Of a stretch of DNA of 22,442 nucleotides, positions 1 through 6,597 are shown piece after piece; position 1 is the stretch's first letter; every line of letters begins with the position of its first letter. Below the pieces are notes generated by a model that had not been told where the DNA came from, ran no database searches, and saw only the letters and a program-made list of their open reading frames with translations. Origin of the DNA: Dehalococcoidia bacterium (GTDB lineage Bacteria; Chloroflexota; Dehalococcoidia; GIF9; AB-539-J10); the NCBI GenBank assembly GCA_030612025.1, contig JAUWOR010000012.1, positions 1-22,442 on the forward strand, given 5' to 3'. Made by a program: the position numbers and the translations under genes.

Positions 1-125
1 TGTTTAATTTTGCCTCAATCAGATTTTCGTAGTGCGACCTTTTAAGGTCGTGCACGAGGCTAAAGCCTCGCACTACATTTGTAAACAGTCGCCCAATAAA
101 TTGGGCAACTACACTTTTAAACGGC
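1..125 (+). mobile_element. MITE-like element, copy 1 (left end cut by the window): REP-like module A (29-76) plus right half of module B (85-112)
   Basis: 1-122 is identical to 9396-9517; GTAG...CTAC-bounded double hairpin; ends in tttttaaacggc like the copy at 5564-5695. Confidence 0.75.
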
Positions 126-171
126 TGCTCTCAATTTTGTCACCTTGCCTTTGATAAATTCTACCACATCC

Positions 172-208
172 ATCAATAGTCATCAGTCGATAGTCATTAG
201 TCAATAGT
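172..208. repeat. Degenerate 7-bp tandem repeat (agtcaat/agtcatc/agtcgat/agtcatt)
   Basis: atcaatagtcatcagtcgatagtcattagtcaatagt; same motif at 437-460 and inverted at 828-864. Confidence 0.75.
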
Positions 209-211
209 TCA

Positions 212-337
212 GTTGGGGTAGTTGAGATGGTTGAGATGGTTGAGACGGTTGAGACGGTTGAGATAGTTGGGATGGTTGAGATAGTTGAGATGGTTGGGAT
301 GGTTGGGATGGTTGAGATAGTTGAGATAGTTGAGATG
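212..337. repeat. 9-bp tandem repeat GTTG(A/G)GA(T/C)(G/A), 14 units
   Basis: Read directly; minus strand encodes (Q-P/L-S)n within a mini-ORF at 201-347. Confidence 0.95.
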
Positions 338-343
338 GTTGGT

Positions 344-457
344 TCATTTGCTGGCTCCTTTTGATCTTTGGTGAGAGCGAAGATAGGTCATAAAAGCATT
401 GATTAACTTGGATACCTTAGTTGCGATGAAGTCGGCAGTCAATAGTCTAGTAGTCAT
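344..457 (-). pseudogene. C-terminal fragment of an outer four-helix-bundle (23S rRNA IVS-like) gene
   Basis: Translates ..IATKVSKLINAFMTYLRSHQRSKGASK*, resembling the last helix of the family (compare TETARLIAGFIKYLK next door). Confidence 0.6.
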
Positions 458-824
458 TAGCCAGTTCCCTTTAAGTATTTTATGAAACCGGCGATAAGCC
501 GCGCCGTTTCAGTTCCTAGCTCGTGAATTTTATCGAAATCCCCTTTTGAAATATAGTTCAGGTCTTGAGCTATATAAAGCTGACTCTGAACTTCGGCGAC
601 AGAACCCAAAGCGATATACAAAAACTGGATGAATTCTTTGTCGGTTTGTCGTGCATAGCCCTCAGCGATGTTGCTCATCACAGAGATGGAAGCCCCTCTA
701 ATCTGGTCCTTCAGGCTGTAGTCTCCTTAGCAAAATCCCCTCCGCCTGTAATTTCATATATGCTCCTCACCATCTTTCTCGCTTTTTGCCATGCTTGAAT
801 GTCCTCGAATTTCTCTATTTTCAT
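457..824 (-). pseudogene. Four-helix-bundle protein (23S rRNA intervening sequence family), frameshifted near 724
   Basis: [29 protein letters not shown], then shifts frame to [42 protein letters not shown]; the 368-nt span is not a multiple of 3. Confidence 0.88.
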
Positions 825-961
825 TTGTGACTATCTGACTGTGGACTAGCGGCTGATTGACTAGCCTTGGCTTCTTGCCAGGCAATGATGTCTTCGAAGC
901 GAGTTAGTTTGGTTGGTTGGGATGGTTGGGATAGTTGGGATAGTTGAGTTGGTGTTTTCAT
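821..961 (-). pseudogene. N-terminal fragment of the outer four-helix-bundle gene with a QPS-repeat leader
   Basis: MKTPTQLSQLSQPSQPTKLTRFEDIIAWQEAK then runs into 7-mer repeats; FEDxxAWQ is the family N-terminal motif; 9-mer units at 916-951. Confidence 0.7.
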
Positions 962-1048
962 TTCTGCTGCTTTATCTGGGTTCCGTGTATTAGTTGCTTG
1001 ATTTTGGCTTCATTCTTGCCTACTACTGGCATTCATGCCTCCAGATTC

Positions 1049-1282
1049 TTATTTTCGTTTGCCACCTGTCAACCATTGCTCTCGATTTATGCTGGCACGC
1101 TTAAGTATCTCCTTCAATAGAGGAACATCAATATCTTGAGCATGAGGATTAGGAATGGTTAACCTAAAATCACCCTTTAGCATGAAATAGTGCTTCCCAC
1201 CGCGGTAAGGCCCTTCAAAAGTCATATTGCGTAGCTTTCGCACCAAGGTGTCCCAAGATACTGGCGTAAGGCGTTGAGTCAT
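1049..1282 (-). CDS. hicA: HicA-family toxin
   Basis: 77 aa, GGKH motif, LTIPNPH, LLKEILKRA; overlaps hicB by 4 nt. Confidence 0.88.
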   Translation of the reverse strand: MTQRLTPVSWDTLVRKLRNMTFEGPYRGGKHYFMLKGDFRLTIPNPHAQDIDVPLLKEILKRASINREQWLTGGKRK

Positions 1283-1530
1283 TTTGACTGGGTCACCTTA
1301 ACCTCCATATTCAGGTCAATGTCTCCTAAAGGAGTAATATTATGCCCCAGCCTTAGACCTAGAAGCAGCCAATCTTCAACCACCGACGCTAGCTCATCCC
1401 TGCATTCTTCAAGATTATTAGCAGCAGCCCACACACCAGGCAGCTCCTCAATCCACCCATAATAAGTCCCGTCTTCTAAGATTTTATATTTGGCCCGACG
1501 TGTAGCTTCACGCAAATATCTAGTAATCAT
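1279..1530 (-). CDS. hicB: Short HicB-family antitoxin
   Basis: YKILEDGTYYGWIEELPGVWA..LEECRDELASVVEDW. Confidence 0.88.
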   Translation of the reverse strand: MITRYLREATRRAKYKILEDGTYYGWIEELPGVWAAANNLEECRDELASVVEDWLLLGLRLGHNITPLGDIDLNMEVKVTQSK

Positions 1531-1550
1531 CGAAAACCTCCCTGAATTAT

Positions 1551-1640
1551 TTATCCTGCCTTGTCTTGGCTACCAATATATCCTTTGCTTATCATATAAT
1601 CCTTGAGTGCTTCTTGCCAAGCGTTCAAGTCATGCAAAGT
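1551..1640 (-). pseudogene. 3' fragment of dTDP-4-dehydrorhamnose reductase (rmlD-like), fused in frame to a QPS repeat (ORF 1551-1742)
   Basis: LHDLNAWQEALKDYMISKGYI matches the RmlD C-terminal WQEAL motif and the second fragment at 7191-7295. Confidence 0.7.
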
Positions 1641-1642
1641 TA

Positions 1643-1732
1643 GTTGAGATGGTTGGGATAGTTGAGATGGTTGGGATGGTTGGGATGGTTGAGATGGTTG
1701 AGATGGTTGGGATAGTTGAGATGGTTGAGATA
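1643..1732. repeat. 9-bp tandem repeat GTTG(A/G)GAT(G/A), 10 units
   Basis: Read directly; followed by gttggttcatttgct, identical to 338-352. Confidence 0.95.
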
Positions 1733-1745
1733 GTTGGTTCATTTG

Positions 1746-2192
1746 CTAATCTTGCTTCTTTGGTAAGATTTCAAATCCCAAGTTTACCTCTTCGAAATGG
1801 GTATCTCCAGTAAACACCTTGGCTATTCCCAGCTCCTGCATTAAAACAAAAGAGGTCAGGTCGGTAAAAGAGACGTCTGGCTTATCCTGGTATCTTTTTC
1901 TCAGCGACCAAGCAGCCTTAAATCTTGGCTCGCTTATTACTTCTAGCCTCAGTTTGCCGCTTTCTATCATAGCCAGTAGAGATTCAATAAATTTGACTGC
2001 GCTACTATAGACAACGCTTTGGAATAAAGCAGTTATTGTTTCATCGAGCACATAATCTGAGGTAACTAATCTCCGCCCTTTCGCCTTTAGCTCCGCATAA
2101 CCTTCCCTGGCGCATTCATGGTGGGTATCTTTTCGATTCGCTAACGCTAGCCATGCCCAGGTATCTATGAAGACCAGCTTACCTCGTTCCAT
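1746..2192 (-). CDS. vapC: PIN-domain (VapC-family) toxin
   Basis: VFIDT, DYVLDET, SFTDLTSF, FTGDTHF acidic PIN motifs. Confidence 0.9.
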   Translation of the reverse strand: MERGKLVFIDTWAWLALANRKDTHHECAREGYAELKAKGRRLVTSDYVLDETITALFQSVVYSSAVKFIESLLAMIESGKLRLEVISEPRFKAAWSLRKRYQDKPDVSFTDLTSFVLMQELGIAKVFTGDTHFEEVNLGFEILPKKQD

Positions 2193-2412
2193 AGATGTAT
2201 TTGTCGTGCCTTTCTGCTAAATCTGAAGGGCCTTCACAGATTCCAATTACCTGAGATAGGGTTTCAGCTTTCTCTTTCTCCATGCTCTCAGGTATTGCCT
2301 CCGGCTTCCTCTTTTTCCTCGTCCCCACAAACTCGATAAAATCGGCAATCTCTTCGAGGCTTTCCTCAGGCAGCGACCTTAGCTTTTCTATAATGTAATC
2401 TCTTGACACCAT
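2179..2412 (-). CDS. Putative antitoxin (DUF2281-like)
   Basis: LPEESLEEIADFIEF motif, C-terminal DLAERHDKYIYG; overlaps the PIN gene start. Confidence 0.75.
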   Translation of the reverse strand: MVSRDYIIEKLRSLPEESLEEIADFIEFVGTRKKRKPEAIPESMEKEKAETLSQVIGICEGPSDLAERHDKYIYGTR

Positions 2413-2486
2413 TTCTAATTACCTCCCATAACATAAATTCCCAGTTCTTCGTAATGGTAAGGTTTTTCACATAGCTTTTTTGCTTC

Positions 2487-2558
2487 TCATTTTATCACTA
2501 TTTGCGCCGAAGCCAAAGGCAAGCCAACATAGCCCAGGCCGATAACGATGAGATTCAT
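2487..2558 (-). pseudogene. 5' fragment of a nucleotide-sugar dehydrogenase (UDP-glucose/GDP-mannose dehydrogenase family)
   Basis: MNLIVIGLGYVGLPLA Rossmann signature, stops after 23 aa. Confidence 0.8.
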
Positions 2559-2565
2559 TATTCAC

Positions 2566-2595
2566 ATTATAGGCAAGCTAATAGGGATAAAGCAA
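2566..2595 (-). promoter_or_regulatory. Putative sigma70 promoter TTGCTT-18-TATAAT
   Basis: Perfect -10 box 7 nt upstream of the ATG at 2558 (leaderless geometry). Confidence 0.5.
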
Positions 2596-2601
2596 TCTTT
2601 G

Positions 2602-2936
2602 GTAAGGCGGGGATAAACCCCGCTGCATTTACCCTCATCCTTCGATAAACTCAGGACGGGCTCTTATTCCTCTCCCTTCAAGCGAGAGGGTAGTTGCCCA
2701 ATTTATTGGGCGATTGTGCCTGATGAATCAGGCAACTACAAACATCTGGGGGTGAAAGGCTTCCAAAACGCCCAAAATCGAACGGAAAATCAAAATTAAA
2801 CAGCCTTCTCCCTTCAAGGGAGAGGTTAGGTGAGGGGTAAGTGTCTCGTAGAGTCGGGGCTTGTCCCCGACTGAGGTATGAAAGTGAAGCAATTTCGCCT
2901 TGAGATTGCCTCGGGGCTTCACCCCTCGCAATGACA
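2602..2936. repeat. Patchwork of short palindromic (REP-like) elements
   Basis: gcggggataaaccccgc; cctctcccttcaagcgagagg and tctcccttcaagggaga; gtagagtcggggcttgtccccgact; gaagcaat..attgcctc..ctcgcaatgaca. Confidence 0.7.
2690..2806 (-). mobile_element. MITE-like element, copy 2 (module B at 2690-2739; far end missing)
   Basis: Reverse complement begins aggctgtttaattttg and continues ..tttcaccccca..gtagttgcc. Confidence 0.75.
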
Positions 2937-2976
2937 AGAGGGGTGTCGTTTTCACAGGCTCCGATAGTGAAATCCT

Positions 2977-3360
2977 TTAAGGGGCTAATATTTCCTTATC
3001 CCAGAACTTCTTGTCCTCTTCGTAAAACATCCTCTTGGCCCGAGCGTAATCAATTTCCGTAGATTTGCACTTAATCCTCTTTTGACAAAAGTCAAAGACA
3101 GGCATGTGGACAAAACAGTGAAAAACCTGGCTCAGATCACCATACCAATCCCTTAGGGTTGTCCAATTACCTCCCCCATTCAATTCGATATCCTCTCTAT
3201 CTTTTAGCCTCATTTTAATTTTGGGCAAAGGAATAGGGGGGCTAAGGTTACATAAAAACTCAACAATCCTATCTATTGTAAATACCCACCAGGGGGCTTG
3301 TTCAAGATAAATGTTTGCCTTCTTATAGATTGAATTTATGCCATAACTCCAGTTTTTCAT
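2977..3360 (-). CDS. Hypothetical protein
   Basis: 127-aa ATG ORF co-oriented with the array; no family recognised. Confidence 0.65.
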   Translation of the reverse strand: MKNWSYGINSIYKKANIYLEQAPWWVFTIDRIVEFLCNLSPPIPLPKIKMRLKDREDIELNGGGNWTTLRDWYGDLSQVFHCFVHMPVFDFCQKRIKCKSTEIDYARAKRMFYEEDKKFWDKEILAP

Positions 3361-3544
3361 TAGAACCGATTCACCTGATTGGAATAATCAATCCACACTT
3401 TTGTTCTATAATGCTTGCCATTCCCTTTGTTTTCCCTTCATAGGTAGCTTAGTCTCCTTAATCTTTCTCTTACTGCTCTTATCTCTTCCATTGTTTAGCT
3501 TATCATCCCCCTTATTTCATTACTCAATAAAGCCGATGTAGAGT

Positions 3545-3612
3545 TTAGTCCTGCTTCAAAGCCCAGTCATAGGGGATATCGTTATCAAAGGGGGGTCTAT
3601 GCGGAATTCATC
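3545..3612 (-). repeat. rmlC-like gene 3'-end copy C1
   Basis: DEFRIDP/FDNDIPYDWALKQD*, with 2 extra nt in the G-run. Confidence 0.85.
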
Positions 3613-3634
3613 ATGGCTATAATGTTAAGGGGGC

Positions 3635-4007
3635 TCACTCTTGCTTTTCAATTGGCAATGAACGCAGGCGTATGCGCGTTGCCTCCAATACCACGACACT
3701 GCCCTGCTCCAGCGATTCCCTGATAGTGGGCAAATTAGCAAGCAACAGAGCCAGCTGTGACTCAGGTTTCTTATACGGATGGCGTAGCAGGATTACCGAA
3801 GGCTTTTCATCATGCCACAATGCTAGCAGTGTGCCAAAGTCCGTGTCTGTTGAAACCAGTACACGGTTTTCTGCTGCCGCACGTTTAAATATCTCTTCGT
3901 CTGAAGCAGATTGTATTCCATAATCCCGCACATGTAGCATCATATCTAGCGTGCCTTAATCCTTCAGCGATGATAGGCGAAAGCACATTATCTATTAAGA
4001 ACCTCAC
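3635..4007 (-). pseudogene. DUF5615 PIN-like toxin, frameshifted near 3935
   Basis: GTG start MRFLIDNVLSP..RYDA is out of frame with [23 protein letters not shown]; span 373 nt. Confidence 0.85.
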
Positions 4008-4234
4008 GAAATGCGCACCAACGGAAGTTCACGTTCCCTTACTGCCTCAGCAGCGTAGCGTAGAACTTGGTGAATATCTTCAGTCTCAAGATCGGGATAT
4101 GCCTTTAATATCTCCTCCTCGCTCATCCCGTCAGCTACCATTCCTACCACCGTCGCCACTGGGATACGCAATCCACGAATACAAGGAAGTCCACCCATCT
4201 TATTCGACTCGACCGTAATACGTGTGAATTTCAT
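4004..4234 (-). CDS. DUF433 antitoxin
   Basis: MGGLPCIRGLRIPV..EEILKAYPDL..ED; TATAAT 10 nt upstream (4245-4250). Confidence 0.93.
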   Translation of the reverse strand: MKFTRITVESNKMGGLPCIRGLRIPVATVVGMVADGMSEEEILKAYPDLETEDIHQVLRYAAEAVRERELPLVRIS

Positions 4235-4311
4235 TTGTTTAACAATTATAGCTCAAAATCCCGTCTTTGGAAACATCATATCTACGAAGGTGAAGTTCCT
4301 AATCCACTTTT

Positions 4312-4342
4312 TTAGCCCTGCTTCAGTGCCCAATCATAGGGA
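4312..4342 (-). repeat. rmlC-like gene 3'-end copy C2
   Basis: PYDWALKQG*. Confidence 0.8.
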
Positions 4343-4365
4343 GTTGTTTAGCAACCACGCCTCTA

Positions 4366-4442
4366 GTCATTCTGAGCAAAGCGAAGAATCTAGACCCTTC
4401 GCTTGCCTCTTCGCTTCGCTCAGAGCTTTGACTCAGGGTGAC
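4366..4442. repeat. Palindromic REP-like element GTCATTCTGAG...CTCAGGGTGAC
   Basis: Imperfect terminal inverted repeats with an internal gcgaag/cttcgc stem. Confidence 0.65.
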
Positions 4443-4449
4443 AGAGTAA

Positions 4450-4560
4450 TTAAGACCAGTCATAGGGAATATCGTTGCCGAAGGGGTCGATGTGGAATTC
4501 ATCGGGCTCCTGGTGATTGTAAGGCTGGGTGACGGTATTTACCACATAGGCGGGCTGCAT
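4450..4560 (-). repeat. rmlC-like gene 3'-end copy C3 (longest)
   Basis: QPAYVVNTVTQPYNHQEPDEFHIDPFGNDIPYDWS*, typical C-terminus of the dTDP-4-dehydrorhamnose 3,5-epimerase family. Confidence 0.85.
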
Positions 4561-4876
4561 TTAGTTAAACCTTTACTCCCTCCTTTATCGCCTGTCTCAC
4601 TAGACCTATTTCCTTTCCTTTGGAACTCTTCTGGCGTATATCCTAAGATATCTAAATCATAGTCGTGGTCCCAGAGCTGATAAAGCATGAAAATCCTTTC
4701 CAGGAAATGCACCCCTTCGAATTTCTTACTCACTAGTAATATGTCGAAATCGCTTTCCTTAAACTCATCCCCTCTGGCTCTGCTGCCAAATAATATTCTT
4801 CCACTTCTAGATTCTTTTCAGCACTTTGGAGATCCTTTAAAGCTTGTTGCCACCATCTCTCTGCTTCTTTTCTCAT
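4539..4876 (-). pseudogene. Deleted HEPN-MNT module: HEPN N-terminus joined out of frame to a nucleotidyltransferase core
   Basis: MRKEAERWWQQALKDLQSAEKNLEVEEYYLAA, then in another frame ILFGSRARGDEFKESDFDILLVS..YTPEEF. Confidence 0.82.
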
Positions 4877-4909
4877 TTCCAGCCTCTTTGCATCTTTTCT
4901 ATGTCTATT

Positions 4910-4975
4910 TTAACCCTGCTTCAATGTCCAGGCATAGGGGATATCGTTATCGAAGGGGTCGATGGGGAATTCATC
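4910..4975 (-). repeat. rmlC-like gene 3'-end copy C4
   Basis: DEFPIDPFDNDIPYAWTLKQG*. Confidence 0.85.
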
Positions 4976-5028
4976 AGTTTTCCTACGCTTATAAAGTTAG
5001 TTGATGGTGTTAAACAAAGCCTCCAAAG

Positions 5029-5334
5029 CTACTTAACCCGCCGTCTCAAAGCTTCGTAAAGTCGCCCTCTACTTCCAATCATAATCACCAGAGCAATTCG
5101 AGCTTCAGGATAGATCTCATATATGATTCTATATTGAGTTCCCTTATAATTAAGATGATAAGACCAGAGTCCTTTAAATTCATAAAGAAGAGGGACAGCC
5201 TCAAAAGGGTCCCTCTCAATATTAGCAAAATGTTCCTCTTTGATTATCCTTTGTAATTGCTTATCTAGTTTACGGATATCGCTTTTGACGGCACTGGCAA
5301 ACTTGATAGTATACGTCGGTCTGTTAGTCAACAA
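5029..5334 (-). CDS. RelE/ParE-family toxin
   Basis: YTIKF..KSDIRKLD..L..KGLWSYH..YRIIYEI..IGSR; TTG start overlapping the antitoxin. Confidence 0.85.
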   Translation of the reverse strand: MLTNRPTYTIKFASAVKSDIRKLDKQLQRIIKEEHFANIERDPFEAVPLLYEFKGLWSYHLNYKGTQYRIIYEIYPEARIALVIMIGSRGRLYEALRRRVK

Positions 5335-5548
5335 ACAGCTCTACTTTGGATAAAGTTTTCCCTTCCTTAAGCTCTACCTTTGCTTTACGTCGCCTTTGCT
5401 TAAGCTCGGTTGCTAGCTCTGGTTGTAGTAGAAACTCCAGGGTTTCAAGCTCTGCTGAGCTAAGACCTTTCAGTAGATGAGCCAGTCGTTCGAGATTAAC
5501 CAGTTCAGCCCTATCCATTTCCTTTAAAGCACTGGACATTTTAATCAC
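5324..5548 (-). CDS. Putative antitoxin of the RelE-like toxin (start may be ATG 5539)
   Basis: Small ORF upstream of and overlapping the toxin; ELETLE.., C-terminal GKTLS..ELF. Confidence 0.7.
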   Translation of the reverse strand: MIKMSSALKEMDRAELVNLERLAHLLKGLSSAELETLEFLLQPELATELKQRRRKAKVELKEGKTLSKVELFVD

Positions 5549-5563
5549 CCCCTACTCTACTAC

Positions 5564-5695
5564 AGGCTGTTTAATTTTGATTCGTCGTTCAATTTCAGCC
5601 ATCTCAGAGGTGTTTCACCCCCAAATTTTTGTAGTTGCCTGATTTATCAGGCACAGTCGCCCAATAAATTGGGCAACTACATTTTTAAACGGCCT
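5564..5695 (+). mobile_element. MITE-like element, copy 3 (most complete; module B at 5631-5680)
   Basis: Terminal inverted repeats aggctgtttaa / ttaaacggcct (10/11), flanked by a ctac direct repeat (5560-5563, 5696-5699). Confidence 0.8.
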
Positions 5696-5764
5696 CTACT
5701 AAGCTTAGCATCATCTTCACTTGCCAGATTTTATCACATTTGTATTCTTTTAATAGTCTCATGT

Positions 5765-5818
5765 TTAGCCTTGTTTCGGGGCCCAGTCGTAGGGTATATC
5801 ATTGTCGAAAGGGTCAAT
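5765..5818 (-). repeat. rmlC-like gene 3'-end copy C5
   Basis: IDPFDNDIPYDWAPKQG*. Confidence 0.85.
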
Positions 5819-5860
5819 GATAAGGGTCGTCTAGTAACATGTTCCTGGTAGGCTCTGACC

Positions 5861-6238
5861 CTAGACACTCACATAATTTCTTGCCAACTTCTTATACCAT
5901 TCAGATTCTTTCTTCGTTACTAAATGCAATTCAAATGGATGGAAATATCCTAATGTCTTGTTAATTTTAGAGAGTATTTTTGCCCTTTCATCTAATCCCT
6001 TAGGAACATCATCAGAGATGATCAAAACGTCTATATCCGAAGCCATGGTATGTTTATCTTCTATAACAGAACCAAGAATTCCTACTTCTACATTCTCTAA
6101 ATTAACTGTGTCCTTGATTAATTTGGCATAATGTTTATAGTTGTCAAAATTTTTCCTTCTCTCTTTAGAGATTTCAGCAACTGTGTCTAGAAATGCAGCA
6201 GCCCTTTCTTGGAATATTTTGATTTCTTGTTTTCTCAT
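5861..6238 (-). CDS. Minimal nucleotidyltransferase (MNT) domain protein, possibly with a HEPN-derived N-terminus
   Basis: LGSV..SDIDVLII..PFELHLV. Confidence 0.82.
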   Translation of the reverse strand: MRKQEIKIFQERAAAFLDTVAEISKERRKNFDNYKHYAKLIKDTVNLENVEVGILGSVIEDKHTMASDIDVLIISDDVPKGLDERAKILSKINKTLGYFHPFELHLVTKKESEWYKKLARNYVSV

Positions 6239-6597
6239 CTTTGGTCTTTCTCCCGGCTATAGAGAACCTTTCCTGTGGCGATGATTTCGGTAATGAAGCG
6301 ATTTCCCTCAGCGGACATTTTTTCTAGCTCTTCTTCAGTATAGCCAATGGGCTCGAGAGGAAGCCCAAACTGGTTCATATCCAGTAAAACCTTGATTCTG
6401 TCAAGAAAATCTTCCTGCCAAGCAGATATCACAATCAGGTCAACATCAGACCCCTCGTTGAAATCCCCCTTGGCCAAAGAGCCAAACAAGATGATTTTTT
6501 TCGGCTTTAGCTCCTGGATTACCTTGTTTTTATATCTTTCTATTCTTTCAAATATTTCTTGACTTCTGCCAATATCAATGTTGCATAGCTTAAGCAT
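6235..6597 (-). CDS. Minimal nucleotidyltransferase (MNT) antitoxin
   Basis: IILFGSLAKGDFNEGSDVDLIVI..YTEEE..GKVLY. Confidence 0.9.
   Translation of the reverse strand: MLKLCNIDIGRSQEIFERIERYKNKVIQELKPKKIILFGSLAKGDFNEGSDVDLIVISAWQEDFLDRIKVLLDMNQFGLPLEPIGYTEEELEKMSAEGNRFITEIIATGKVLYSREKDQR

Noticed and set aside
344-961. Diversity-generating retroelement (Avd is also a four-helix bundle)
   Set aside because: No reverse transcriptase and no TR/VR pair with adenine-specific mismatches
958-1015. Possible rmlC 5' fragment (KQLIHGTQIK), and MRLL after copy C5 as an rmlB/rmlD start
   Set aside because: Too short to distinguish from chance
212-1732. CRISPR array interpretation of the repeats
   Set aside because: The units are contiguous 9-mers without spacers, and there are no cas genes
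2728-2955. 75-aa ORF, plus ORFs 4224-4532, 4687-5004, 4844-5059 and 5669-5851
   Set aside because: They are read-throughs of palindromes or the antisense of rmlC fragments; their mutual similarity comes from the repeats
3545-5818. Classical integron with attC sites
   Set aside because: The delimiters are protein-coding gene ends, not RYYYAAC..GTTRRRY palindromes, and the recombinase lacks an obvious IntI insertion
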